Made by a program: the position numbers and the translations under genes. Below, piece after piece: positions 30,612 to 41,334 of a stretch of DNA of 64,000 nucleotides. Below the pieces are notes generated by a model, which saw nothing but the letters and a program-made list of their open reading frames with translations, did no database searches and was not told where the DNA came from. The stretch is from a virus. Taxonomy: Duplodnaviria > Caudoviricetes. The stretch covers positions 101,424-165,423 of the IMG/VR virus record IMGVR_UViG_2531839014_000003. One strand, 5' to 3'. The first letter of the stretch is position 1. Every line of letters begins with the position of its first letter.

Positions 30612-31487
30612 ATGAATGAATTAAAAAATAATGGAACACAAATATTTATGGGGATTGAGATACCTATTATCGAAGGCGGTTTTGGTGAAAATCAGAAAGT
30701 GATATTAGCAAAAACCATTTCCCAAATTCATGGGCAACCACTAAAGAAAATCAACCAGCTAATAAATGAAAATATAGATGAATTTGAATTTGGGGTTGAT
30801 ATTTTAGATTTAAAAAGTGGGTACTTAGAAAGTACCGAGTTTTTATTGAATTTCATGAACAGACAGTCTATTTCTAATTCAACTAATATATATTTACTGT
30901 CTGAGCAAGGCTACATGTTACTTGTTGGTTTTATGAAAACAGAACAGTCAAAAAAAATCCGTAAGAAACTACGGAGAGAATATTTTGCAATGCGTGAAGT
31001 AATAAACTCTGATGTAAACAAAAAGGCACATCTCTTATTAATGATATATAATGGTGGTCAAGATGGTATTCTTGCGTCAAAAGAGTTAACACAATTAGAA
31101 GTTCAAGAAGCCACTGCTCCGCTCATTGCTGAGAATAACGAACTTAAACCTAAAGCAGAATTTCACGATGCAGTACATACTTCTATAAATTCTATATCTA
31201 TTGGTAAATTCTCTGGTGTGTTACAAAAGAATCCACTTTTCAGAAAGTTTGGTAGGAACAAACTTTTTCAGTGGTTAAGAGATAATGACTATTTGTGTAT
31301 CTGTGGTGATTTAAGGAACAAACCAACACAAAGAGCTTTATCTGGAGGCTATATGGATTATGACGAATATGTAACTGATAATGGTTATGGCAAAACCATA
31401 ACTACATATAAACCTTTAATTACTGGTAAAGGACAGATATATTTTACAGAAAAGCTAATAAAAGAATTTGGTGAAGTACATGAGTAA
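30612..31487 (+). CDS. Phage antirepressor (ORF6N-like + KilAC/ANT)
   Basis: IYLLSEQGY; LKPKAEF, GRNKLFQWLR, ITGKGQIYF. Confidence 0.85.
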   Translation: MNELKNNGTQIFMGIEIPIIEGGFGENQKVILAKTISQIHGQPLKKINQLINENIDEFEFGVDILDLKSGYLESTEFLLNFMNRQSISNSTNIYLLSEQGYMLLVGFMKTEQSKKIRKKLRREYFAMREVINSDVNKKAHLLLMIYNGGQDGILASKELTQLEVQEATAPLIAENNELKPKAEFHDAVHTSINSISIGKFSGVLQKNPLFRKFGRNKLFQWLRDNDYLCICGDLRNKPTQRALSGGYMDYDEYVTDNGYGKTITTYKPLITGKGQIYFTEKLIKEFGEVHE

Positions 31488-31971
31488 CCCAGGGAAGCGA
31501 TTTGAAGAAGATTTTAAATCCAGCATAGATAATAATGAGAATTGGGTCTATCGCTTAAGAGATAATGCTGCATCTTTTAGTGGTGGTACTAACACACGCT
31601 TCGCCAGTACAAATATTTGTGACTTTCTTATATTCAATAATAAGTACAGGACATTGTATCTTGCGGAACTGAAATCAACTAAAGGCTCTAGTATTCCCTA
31701 CACAATGATTAAAGATAACCAAATAACAGGATTATCAGAAGCAGGTAAACACAATGTTATACCTTGCTTCTTTTTTAATTTCAGAGAAAAGAATAATGCA
31801 ACATATTTTATGATAATTGATGATTTTATCAATATGAAATGTGCACTTGATAAAAAGTCTTTTAATACACAGGATTTAGAGAAATATGGAGCCATTTCGG
31901 TTTCATGCAATATTAAGCGCACACGTTACAGATATGATATTGAAACATTAATCAAACAAATACACATTTAG
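31480..31971 (+). CDS. recU: RecU-like Holliday junction resolvase
   Basis: GKRFE, CDF, ELKST, NQ motifs. Confidence 0.8.
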   Translation: MSNPGKRFEEDFKSSIDNNENWVYRLRDNAASFSGGTNTRFASTNICDFLIFNNKYRTLYLAELKSTKGSSIPYTMIKDNQITGLSEAGKHNVIPCFFFNFREKNNATYFMIIDDFINMKCALDKKSFNTQDLEKYGAISVSCNIKRTRYRYDIETLIKQIHI

Positions 31972-31980
31972 GAGAATTTT

Positions 31981-32223
31981 ATGATTACACTTATTAAAAT
32001 GAAGCTCAAGGAATGGAAAATTAAATTAGCATTATACACTGTTATTGAAAAACTCATCACAGAACAGAAAGATATCACAGCTCTCCTCTCCGACCTTTAC
32101 GCGGCCTTGAAGGACGTTCCATTTAATGAATTGAAAGACGAATTTATTATGAAGCTGGCAGATATTATTCATGACCAGGCTGAAGCTGAACGCAACGCAA
32201 ATATCTCAATAAAAGAGGATTAG
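31981..32223 (+). CDS. Hypothetical protein
   Basis: AGGAG SD. Confidence 0.7.
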   Translation: MITLIKMKLKEWKIKLALYTVIEKLITEQKDITALLSDLYAALKDVPFNELKDEFIMKLADIIHDQAEAERNANISIKED

Positions 32224-32226
32224 AAT

Positions 32227-32706
32227 ATGAACAAAAGAAAATGGACATATATTCTTGCTAAATTGCTTACACTCTTCTTGGTTGGGTATTGTGCATATAT
32301 TGCTATTGAGGTTACATATAAAAACATAAGCTATCCTCTTATGGGAGCGGTCGGCGGTATCTCCTTCTTGCTTTTTGACCAGATTAATAACATAATCTCC
32401 TGGAATCTCGATTTAATCCTGCAAGGATGTATCGGGTCAGCCATCGTGACTGGTTTTGAGCTTATCATTGGTGAGGGGCTGAAAATTCTTAATCAGACAC
32501 CGATGTGGGACTACTCCAACATGCCTCTTAATTATGATGGAGTAATATGCTTGCCGTTTTCAATAGTATGGATTTTCATTACGATACTTGGAATACTTGT
32601 AGCCGATGCATATAATTATTATCTATTTCACGAAGAACCACGACCGTATTATTGGATTATAGGTCATTACTTTGTCATGCCCAAAAGGTGTTGTGATGGC
32701 GAGTAA
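32227..32706 (+). CDS. Four-TM membrane protein (putative ABC-permease/DUF1113-like)
   Basis: WDYSNMPLNYDGVICLPFS motif. Confidence 0.75.
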   Translation: MNKRKWTYILAKLLTLFLVGYCAYIAIEVTYKNISYPLMGAVGGISFLLFDQINNIISWNLDLILQGCIGSAIVTGFELIIGEGLKILNQTPMWDYSNMPLNYDGVICLPFSIVWIFITILGILVADAYNYYLFHEEPRPYYWIIGHYFVMPKRCCDGE

Positions 32707-33124
32707 AGTGTTTAGAACACCTGTAGAACTGAAGAATTATATGCAGATATTATGTGATAAAGCTGTAGAGAATGCTTGTAATAGGCTCCTGGGAGCGTTA
32801 CAACAGATAATAGATGATGAATTTTATGACACGTTCACGCCCTCATTCTATATTAGATCGTACCAATTCTGGAAATCGGCTACGACAAAAATGCTCAATC
32901 AAAATTTAGGCTCTGTATATATGGATGAAACAGCTATGAACTACAACAGCTTTTGGACAGGTGAGAAGCAGTTACTTGCTGCATCAATTGGATCGCATGG
33001 TGGATGGGTAACAGATGAGACAAAAGAGCATAGATTTTGGGAAGTGTTTCAAAAATATTGCCAGGAAAATGCAATAAAGATATTAAAAGAGGAATTAAGA
33101 AAAGTTGGACTATCCATAAAATAA
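32696..33124 (+). CDS. HK97 gp10-like neck protein (putative)
   Basis: Size; YxR and HGG pattern. Confidence 0.45.
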   Translation: MASKVFRTPVELKNYMQILCDKAVENACNRLLGALQQIIDDEFYDTFTPSFYIRSYQFWKSATTKMLNQNLGSVYMDETAMNYNSFWTGEKQLLAASIGSHGGWVTDETKEHRFWEVFQKYCQENAIKILKEELRKVGLSIK

Positions 33125-33210
33125 ACATCTAAAATTTCTTGCTATATTTTTATATATAGACTATACTGAAATAGAAAATACTAACGATAATTTTTATGGA
33201 GGTATAAATT

Positions 33211-34332
33211 ATGAGGTCGGAATCAAAACGTCGTGGTCTTCCTACTTTGGCGGAAGAAGTTAAGAACGGTAAATACAATTTTAAACATCCGCTTCAGCGT
33301 CCTTCTGGACAGTGGAATGCATTACAGAAGGCAGAATTGATTGATAGCGTGTTGCGTGAATACCTAATTGACCCTGTTACGATTGTAGTTAGTGTGGTAG
33401 ATGAAACAACTGGCGATATTATTAAATTAAATAATGCTGTTATTGACGGTGTTCAGCGTATAACCAATTTTGCCGATTTTATAAATGGCGAGTATCGTTT
33501 ATCAAAGAAGTTAGATGATGTTCCCTTTACTATCGAAGGAAAAACATTCTATCCATCAGAATCATTATGGGGAAAGAAGTTTGAAGAACTAGACGAGGAA
33601 ATAAAGAGCAAACTTAGTTATTATGAATTGCCAATAGACTTCTATTATGAAGCCACGAATAAAGAAATTACTGAATTATTCAGACGTAAGAATTCTGGCA
33701 GACCTCTCACTAATGCACAGAAAAATTCTGTGAATATTAGTAATGAATTATATGGACAGATTTTAAGCATATTAAACGCTGATGGATTTACTTATGAAGT
33801 TGAAAAGAAAAATCGTGCTGGCGAAATCATCGTGAAAGATGGTAAGCCAGTTATGAAAGAAAAGAAAATGCCAAACCTCTGGGAAAGAATTTTCAGTGTC
33901 GGTATTTTTAAGAATAGTGAGGACCGCAATCTTATTCTCGAAGTCATGATGTTAACTTCAGGTTATAGCAAGGAGCATGAATTTGGATTTAGAAATGAGG
34001 ATATCCAGGCGTTTATAAGCTGGTTTAATGAACAAGAAAACAATCAGGGAGTCATTGAACTGATTATCAACGCTGCTGATTCTATTAATCATAGAATTAC
34101 AGAAAAGATTCCAAATTTGAAGAAGACCTCTATCCCGATGTTTGTTGCTGGTATGTGCAAGGTGATTAAGTACAAGGGTGGAAAAGATAAATACATGGTA
34201 CTCGCAAAGGAATTCTTCAATAGCTATGAACAGAATGACGAGTACAGGAATCTCTGCGGTTCCGGATCTGCTGCTAAAGAGAATGTACAGGCCCGTTGGG
34301 AAGTATTCAAGAATATGGCTAAGAAATGCTAA
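33211..34332 (+). CDS. DUF262 (ParB/Srx-like) protein
   Basis: QR...W, LIDS, VIDGVQR, FRRKNSG motifs; apparent own promoter and terminator. Confidence 0.85.
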   Translation: MRSESKRRGLPTLAEEVKNGKYNFKHPLQRPSGQWNALQKAELIDSVLREYLIDPVTIVVSVVDETTGDIIKLNNAVIDGVQRITNFADFINGEYRLSKKLDDVPFTIEGKTFYPSESLWGKKFEELDEEIKSKLSYYELPIDFYYEATNKEITELFRRKNSGRPLTNAQKNSVNISNELYGQILSILNADGFTYEVEKKNRAGEIIVKDGKPVMKEKKMPNLWERIFSVGIFKNSEDRNLILEVMMLTSGYSKEHEFGFRNEDIQAFISWFNEQENNQGVIELIINAADSINHRITEKIPNLKKTSIPMFVAGMCKVIKYKGGKDKYMVLAKEFFNSYEQNDEYRNLCGSGSAAKENVQARWEVFKNMAKKC

Positions 34333-34517
34333 TAAATCAAGGATGGTTGAGTTAACTGCTCTTCCATCCTTTTCTATGTAGAGAAATAGCACCGTATTTC
34401 TACGATGCTACCTCTCATCACTCTCTACTCACTCTCTCCTACTCCCAAATGGTAAAAAACAACTAATCTTCTTGTGTTTTGTCTCTATCAAAAAAGGTTC
34501 CTGATATATCAAATCCT

Positions 34518-34853
34518 TTAAATAAGCCAAAATGCATATGGAATTCTTTTGTGTCCTTGAGCAGAACAAGACTTCCTAAATAACAAACAGCACCCAGCAT
34601 AAGGATAGAGCCAATTAATGCTAGTACTATCTCCATATCTCACCTCCCTTCTGTACTGTGACATACAAGAAAGGGAAGATATTGATTTGGAGAATCCAAA
34701 GATGTGTTTAAAAACACTAGAAATACCATTTGACCTTTCTGGTACTATGTACCGTTTTGTAGGATTCGTATAAAAATACTCCCACAGGCAAATGCCAAGC
34801 ACATAGCCGTGCAATGGATTGTAATGTGGTTGTACAATCGCATATGTACTCAT
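34518..34853 (-). CDS. Hypothetical protein, weak LexA-like box upstream
   Basis: 111-aa ORF; AAACATATGTTT at 34891-34902. Confidence 0.4.
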   Translation of the reverse strand: MSTYAIVQPHYNPLHGYVLGICLWEYFYTNPTKRYIVPERSNGISSVFKHIFGFSKSISSLSCMSQYRREVRYGDSTSINWLYPYAGCCLLFRKSCSAQGHKRIPYAFWLI

Positions 34854-34929
34854 TTATATTTTACCAAAATCATCCCAAATAATAAACTCTAAACATATGT
34901 TTGTAATTAATCATGAAAGGAAAATTTAT

Positions 34930-35121
34930 ATGACAAAACAACAAGAAAAGGAATTCGAGAAATTATTTACGGAAAAGCTTAAGGAACAGCGATTCCAAGG
35001 ACTTAAGGCCGGAGCAACAGGAATCCTCGGCGCAGTTCTCAATATGTGTAATGAAGGTAAGTCTGTAGAGGATATTAAAAAGTTTTGCGAAACCTCTCTT
35101 GGAATGCCTGGGATGAAGTAA
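34930..35121 (+). CDS. Hypothetical protein
   Basis: AAAGGA SD. Confidence 0.65.
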   Translation: MTKQQEKEFEKLFTEKLKEQRFQGLKAGATGILGAVLNMCNEGKSVEDIKKFCETSLGMPGMK

Positions 35122-35442
35122 GCAGAAATCCATGAGTATTAACTCTTGTACACAAAAAGGATGTGCTTACTCAAGGTACACCCTTTCTGTCTACCACTAC
35201 TTACTATCCGCATCACCCCATATTCCAAGATATTTCATTAAGTAATTAACGTGATTACTCCAGCAGAAATTATTGTACTGCAATTTTGATAAACAGAAAA
35301 ATCTGTAGCTGATGCAAACTGTGAACTTTTCATAGAAAGGAAATGAAAATGGATAAATTTCTCGATTGGATGTATAAATATGGATGGGTAGTACAAACAG
35401 TCATTGCTACACTTACTCTTATTTCTGCCATCATAACAACTA

Positions 35443-35847
35443 TTAATTTATTTGAGATGTCAGATTATCTATTAATTCTTTTAAGTGAGTTGAATACAAC
35501 GTATTAAGTATATTCCATAATAATGATAATGAGGAAATAATTACAGGTATTAGCCACTTGATTAAATCTCTTCTTTTTTGAGATTCCTTATTCTTTTTAT
35601 CCATAAAATAAGATAATGTATTTCCATTGGGAATAACCTCAATATAAGTTTTTAAAGTATTGTGATGTCCTGTTAAATATTTAATCTCAAAATATCCGAG
35701 AGTTTCTATATCTCTCAGTTTAGTAATAAAATCGGATTCAGAATAATCAAGATTATAATTCTTTCTGCTTACTGTTATTCGGTTATTGGTGTCTCGTGGC
35801 AATGATAGTAGGAATGTCAAAATTTTTTCTTGTTCTTTTGTGAGCAT
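35443..35847 (-). CDS. Hypothetical protein with C-terminal TM (moron-like)
   Basis: GAGGT SD; hydrophobic C-terminus. Confidence 0.7.
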   Translation of the reverse strand: MLTKEQEKILTFLLSLPRDTNNRITVSRKNYNLDYSESDFITKLRDIETLGYFEIKYLTGHHNTLKTYIEVIPNGNTLSYFMDKKNKESQKRRDLIKWLIPVIISSLSLLWNILNTLYSTHLKELIDNLTSQIN

Positions 35848-36012
35848 ATGTTTTTACCTCATTTATTTTAATAAAGAAATTATATCACCATCCATCAAAA
35901 AAACAAAACACAAATTACAGAGTGTCAGTGTCAAAACTGATATTTCTTTTCTTAGCACTCTCCTTTCGTGAGGGTGTTTTTTTATTGCAGTAAATTACGG
36001 AAGGAGTCATGA

Positions 36013-38101
36013 ATGAACGATAGTTTCAAAATATTTCTTCAAGCTATTATTGACGATAGTAGTTTAACCAAAGTTCAAAAAGACTTAGCAAAAAAGAGAT
36101 TAGAAATCCAAGCTGATATTGATTTTTCAGATTTTGCAAAGAATAAGGCTGATATCGAAAAACAGTTTCGAGCGCTATCAGGAATCATTAAAGATATACT
36201 TGGAGATGCTGTTTCTGATAAACAAGCTGTTCAATGGGCCAAGCAGTATTATAAAGAAATTGAGTCCGGAGCCAAACAGGCTGTTAAAGAACAGGAAAAG
36301 CTAGTAAATGCTATGGCGAAAGGACGTGAGTCTTCAGAACAAGCACGTCAGGCAGAAGAAAAGCGCCATCAACTTGCCCAGGATAAAGCTGTAAATAAGG
36401 CGCTTGAGGAAGAATATAACCTACGCCAAAGAATTGCAAATAAGTCAAAAGAAATTCAGCTCGGAATCGATACAGAGAAATATTCAACCCAGATTGTCTC
36501 AATCCAGCAACAGTTAAGTAAATTTGGAATTGAAAGTGGAGAATCATTCTTACAAGCAAGTGCCGCATTGAAACAATTAGAGGCTGCTTATAATGATATG
36601 AAATTCTCTAGTGGTGATAAACGATTAGATTATGAAAAAGAATACCAGAAACTTCTTGAGAAAACAAAAAATCTCATAACACAAATTAAAAGCCAAAAGT
36701 CAAATGAGATAATTTCTAACGGAGACAATCGTCGTATATCCCTTATAAACGAATTAAACAATTATCTTCAAAAGAATACTGCCATGACTAAACAGTCTAA
36801 GCAGCAAATCATTGAATGGATTAATACACTTAATTCTGCTGATGATATGACAAGGGGTACTTTTGATAATCTCAGGGCGCAATTTAAAGGTCTGGATGCT
36901 GAACTGCGCGCAATGAATAAATTGGGATTATCCTGGACCGATAAATTCAAACAAGCTATTGAGAAGTTTGGTGGCTGGGCACTGGCCACTGGATCGGTTA
37001 TGGAACTTTGGCATTGGCTTAGACAGATGCCACAAGTGGTACGAGAATTGGATACAGAATTGGTTGATTTAAGAAAAACAACCACTGCAACTTCTAGTGA
37101 ACTGAAACAGTTCTATAGCGAATCTAATACTACTGCTAAACAACTTGGTGTTACAACAAAAGAAATAATTAGTCAAGCAAGTGAATGGTCAAGACTCGGT
37201 TATGCCATTAAAGATGCTCAAACTATGTCTAAAAATTCTGCCATTTTAGAGGCTATATCTCCAGATCTAAGTATTCAAAAGGCAACCGATGGATTAGTCA
37301 GTACACTTAAGGCATTCCGCTTGGAAGCAGATGATTCATTGGATGGTATTATTTCTAAAATAAATATCATTGGTAATACACAGGCAGTTTCTAATGGAGA
37401 TATTGTAGATATTTTAACCAGATCATCTTCTGCTATGGCCGCCGCAAATAATACATTAGAACAGACAATTGCGCTAGGTACGGCAGCGACAGAAATCACA
37501 AGAAATGCGGACGCTGTAGGGACGGCTTTAAAGACTATTTCCATGAGGATTCGAGGTTATGACGAAGAGACGGAAGAATATATAGGAAATATTGAGCAAT
37601 TATCGGGTGAAATAGCAAGCTTGACCAAATCTGCCTCTACACCTGGCGGCATCAGTTTATTTACTGATGATTCCAAAGACACATATAAGTCTACGTATCA
37701 AATTTTAGACGATATTAGCAAAATTTGGAATGAATTGACTGACAAAAATCAGGCTCAACTTCTTGAAGTTTTGGCAGGAAAACGGCAGGGGCAAATTGTA
37801 TCTGCTATGATATCTAACTTTGATACTGCGAAAACTTCGCTGGATTCCATGACAAACTCTGCTGGCAATGCTATGCAGGAAATGGAAGTAATTTATGATT
37901 CACTGGATTATAAATTAAATCGCTTGTCTGAAACTGGTACTGGTATTGCTCAGAATTTATTTGACAGAGATGTCATGAAAAATACTGTTGATGGATTTAC
38001 CACAATCGCTGAAGTTATCGATTTTGCCACTGAAAAGTTAGGTCTATTAGGTACATTATCCGTGGGCGCGAGCGGAATATTTGGCGCAAAGGGATTAGGG
38101 T
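36013..38101 (+). CDS. Tape measure protein, exon 1 (unspliced frame stops at 38109)
   Basis: TP901-type TMP core (EWSRLGY, VGTALKTISMRIRG, LAGKRQ). Confidence 0.9.
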
Positions 38102-38535
38102 TAACGTAAGTTACTCGTCATAGTTTACAAGCCCCCTACTACAAAATAGTGGGTGTTCTACGATTTGGTCGTTCATCGAGTAGACTAATCCTTGGATTTA
38201 AATCCTAAATAAGTCGAATATCGGGGGAAGCCGTAAGCCTATCAATTAGGTACTGATAACGCTGCAATAAAAGCTCCATGTGGGTGCGTTACAGCTAAGT
38301 ACAATTGTACAAAAATGGTGGTCCCGACGCGGTATATGTTTTACGTGTAGAATGTATATATCCATAATATATCGCGCGAGAGGCTGACAAGACATGGCCT
38401 GGTTTGATACCAGACTGTAATATACATGATCCGTAACCGTGGCGAAAGGCTGCGTGAAGCGAACAGGGGAGCGAACAGTAGTTGCTACTGCCCTGCTTAG
38501 TACAAATTATACACATCTATTTCTGGCTTGGAAAC
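38102..38535 (+). ncRNA. Group I ribozyme core (P1-P9), P7 imperfect
   Basis: P4 TCGGG/CCCGA; P5 GCCGT/ATGGT; P6 CGCGGTATAT/ATATATCGCG; R-like CGAGAGGCTG; P8; P9 CGTGGC-GAAAG-GCTGCG. Confidence 0.8.
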
Positions 38536-38550
38536 GGGAATGGAATTTAG

Positions 38551-38802
38551 TTATTCATTGGTTAACCATAAGCCTAACATATATGCTTCTGCCTTGGCTT
38601 TGTTAACCGGAGTTAATTTATTATATATAAAGAGAATGTCGTCCTGTGTTTTTATGTTTTCATCTTCGGCATAAAATTTTGACATGGTGATAAAAATATT
38701 GTAGATATTGTTTGGTGATGCATTCATTTCGCGGGCAAGACGATAGAGACTCCAACCACGTTCATGGCAAAGCTGTTTGATACGTTTCAATTCATAATTC
38801 AT
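38551..38802 (-). CDS. XRE-family HTH protein (possibly internally deleted)
   Basis: RIKQLCHERGWSLYRLAREM. Confidence 0.7.
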   Translation of the reverse strand: MNYELKRIKQLCHERGWSLYRLAREMNASPNNIYNIFITMSKFYAEDENIKTQDDILFIYNKLTPVNKAKAEAYMLGLWLTNE

Positions 38803-38904
38803 TACAAATTCCTTTATATATATTGTATCTGCTCTTCTATTTTGATAAAATTAATCTACACCCCTAACTTGACAAAATCATATAATAATAAATGAGGTGG
38901 TTAT

Positions 38905-39468
38905 ATGAATAAATATTTTAAAGTTGCAATGTTTTACACATCTTTTATACCACTGTGGATTACCATCTTGTTTATTGATGTATTAAGCCTCATAAGAGAT
39001 GGTTCTAATCCATATACAGAAATAATAGAAATAGTACTCATTTTATTAGGCCTTATCTTTTCCATACTAATTATTGCTAAGATGATTACTAACGTATCCC
39101 ATGAACATGGAGTTAGGTATAAAATCATAGACGCACAGCAAGAAACAGGAATAACATCTGAATTTTTACTTTCATATATACTTCCGCTTTTTGCTTTCGA
39201 TTTCACTCAATGGGACGGAGCAATTATGTTCTTGGTATACTATGGCATTTTAATGTTTCTATGTGTAAGAAATAATAATGTTTATGCAAATCTTATTTTT
39301 GAATTTAAGAGCTATAAGTTCTATAACTGTGAACTTCAATGGATTGCGGAGCCAGACGTTCCCACCACGCAGTCAATGATTATCAGTCAAAGCAATTTAT
39401 GCGCCAATAAAGGAAATACTGTAGAGATTATTTGCTTAGATAAACCATTCTATCTCACGAAGTCTTAA
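38905..39468 (+). CDS. KwaA-like multi-TM protein
   Basis: Four TM segments, EFLLSYILP; adjacent to KwaB-like gene. Confidence 0.55.
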   Translation: MNKYFKVAMFYTSFIPLWITILFIDVLSLIRDGSNPYTEIIEIVLILLGLIFSILIIAKMITNVSHEHGVRYKIIDAQQETGITSEFLLSYILPLFAFDFTQWDGAIMFLVYYGILMFLCVRNNNVYANLIFEFKSYKFYNCELQWIAEPDVPTTQSMIISQSNLCANKGNTVEIICLDKPFYLTKS

Positions 39469-40399
39469 GAGGCATGGACATAGGTACTTCACATAAGCTG
39501 TCTTCTGTCAGTTCTCGCTTTGCCTTACCACATATGCCAAGAGTAAAATTCTTGGCATTTTGGGGATTCGATAAATCAAACTTTTTATTCTTTTTATCAT
39601 ATGGTATTCCAAATATCTTTGCAAACTTTTCTCTGCTTGTTGGCTTTTTTAGATAGTTAACAACCTGAGATGAATAAGATATAAATTTTTTTGGTGTCTG
39701 TCCTTTATTTGCATAGGAAACGTATTCATCAAAATCTTCAATCATATCCATCGTTTCCAACTCATTTAAATGTTTTTGGCAGATTTTTTTATGAGAGTAT
39801 TCAAGGTTAAACACCGATTCACAATTCGAGTTTATCATATATATCGCATTACTATAAATAATAGCATCGAAACAACTTCCGAATTGAACCATCGGTTCAG
39901 TTACTTCAGCTAGTGTATTTAATCTTGACACAAAAACTGAACGTTTTGACTTTTTTAGATTAACAATTGGATTACGTTTAGTTAGCAAATATAAGTTACT
40001 ATCCTCTCCATCATCATTTTTGTATATTCCAACAAAAATGTACGCTCCTGCCTTAATCTCATCTATCTTTTTGGAATCATCATGGTCCTGTATATGCCGT
40101 AATAATGCTGCCCACTGAGTGTTTATAAGTTCATCACTCATATCAATTTTGTCAATAACTCCTTTTGAATTAAAACCTGTATATTTGATTACCTTTTCAT
40201 CAAAGGCTTCAATATTTTTTTCAAAAGTAGTTTTTTGACGAGATACAACTGTATTTATAAGATTAACTGGTTCAAAATATAATGGATAACATGTATACTC
40301 ATTCGGATGTGTCTTATGGTTATAATGGATTAGGAACAGAGACCATTTTGTAATTTTGTCTATTTGATTCAAACCCTCTTTTAAAATAGCATATGACAT
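39455..40399 (-). CDS. KwaB/DUF4868-like protein
   Basis: 314 aa; FDAII...ESVFNLE pattern; pairing with TM gene. Confidence 0.6.
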   Translation of the reverse strand: MSYAILKEGLNQIDKITKWSLFLIHYNHKTHPNEYTCYPLYFEPVNLINTVVSRQKTTFEKNIEAFDEKVIKYTGFNSKGVIDKIDMSDELINTQWAALLRHIQDHDDSKKIDEIKAGAYIFVGIYKNDDGEDSNLYLLTKRNPIVNLKKSKRSVFVSRLNTLAEVTEPMVQFGSCFDAIIYSNAIYMINSNCESVFNLEYSHKKICQKHLNELETMDMIEDFDEYVSYANKGQTPKKFISYSSQVVNYLKKPTSREKFAKIFGIPYDKKNKKFDLSNPQNAKNFTLGICGKAKRELTEDSLCEVPMSMPLKTS

Positions 40400-40540
40400 T
40401 GTAAACCTCCAAATATACCTACAGATTGATTCATATTAAATGCGCTATACCCCCTCCCTTATTCTACCATAATCCGACAAAATCTGGTAGCACTATTTTA
40501 AATACCATACAAGTAAAGTTATATTTTGTTATCTAATAGA

Positions 40541-40564
40541 AAAGAGACTATTTCTAGTCTCTTT
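40541..40564. terminator. Bidirectional hairpin, cassette boundary 1
   Basis: AAAGAGACTA-tttc-TAGTCTCTTT. Confidence 0.8.
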
Positions 40565-40626
40565 AAAAATCACTCTTGCAGTGATTACAATGCCATTGCT
40601 TACTTGCTTTTCCAACAGCAAATACA
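40563..40626 (-). pseudogene. Zn-ribbon gene 3' remnant 1
   Basis: VFAVGKASKQWHCNHCKSDF*. Confidence 0.7.
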
Positions 40627-40660
40627 CAACGACTAAAATATGTAGCAAAGGAATAAAATT

Positions 40661-40819
40661 ATGGATAAAGAAAAAGAAATTAAAAAAGAAGACTTAATCA
40701 ATCAGTTTGAGTTGTTGAAAAAGTCTTCCGATGAAGTATATAAAAATCGAGAATTTGATTCATTGTCAAAATTGAGTATGGCAATGATTGAGTTATACAA
40801 GACTATTATGGCGTATTAA
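40661..40819 (+). CDS. Small hypothetical protein
   Basis: AAAGGA SD; MDKEKEIKKEDLINQF, 52 aa. Confidence 0.55.
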   Translation: MDKEKEIKKEDLINQFELLKKSSDEVYKNREFDSLSKLSMAMIELYKTIMAY

Positions 40820-40986
40820 CCGCTTATTTGCCAGAGATATAATGGTATTACTCTTAAAAATAGTGTGACTAGTGTTTAGGAGTAAGTGTGTTATCAAAAG
40901 TGTGACTTGTGGATAACATACAAGACCACCAATATTGCGGGGCTTAGTGTGACTAATGCTCCGCTTTCCATATTTTATAATTATTT

Positions 40987-41010
40987 AAAGACACCAATTA
41001 AGGTGTCTTT
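40987..41010. terminator. Bidirectional hairpin, boundary 2
   Basis: AAAGACACC-aattaa-GGTGTCTTT. Confidence 0.85.
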
Positions 41011-41015
41011 TAACG

Positions 41016-41075
41016 TTACCATTTCGCTCCACAGTTTTTACATTTAAATTGACTTCTAGCTGTTTTGATAAACAA
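41016..41075 (-). pseudogene. Zn-ribbon gene 3' remnant 2
   Basis: LFIKTARSQFKCKNCGAKW*; last 9 aa identical to the 45326 gene. Confidence 0.8.
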
Positions 41076-41199
41076 TAGCTTTTGGTGCACTTTTGTTCAC
41101 CTTGCTATATTATTACGCATTTTTTTGTTTAACTTGATGGTGTTCATTTTCCAAGAATTGTGTATAATATAAGTAAGGAATCTTATTTGATTCTGTTTC

Positions 41200-41322
41200 G
41201 AGACATGGTTCAGGAGTGTCTGGCTAAAAATAACCTGAAAATATTGCGAGGGGTTTATTGCTGTCACCTGGCTAATAAAAAAGCAAAAAATTATGTAGGA
41301 AGCAGAAATGCTTCCTATTTTA
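41200..41322 (+). ncRNA. Type III antitoxin RNA (two pseudoknot units) plus terminator
   Basis: AGACA/TGTCT with TTCAGG/CCTGAA; AGG/CCT with TTGCT/AGCAA; shared CTGGCTAA; hairpin TAGGAAGCA/TGCTTCCTA. Confidence 0.72.
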
Positions 41323-41334
41323 CTAGGAGATAAA

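Noticed and set aside
38295-38516. 73-aa minus-strand ORF and other short antisense or shadow ORFs within long genes
   Set aside because: They overlap the ribozyme core or well-supported genes and have no SD or motifs
40860-41290. CRISPR array
   Set aside because: Repeats are short, irregular and few; the 41200 units fit a type III antitoxin
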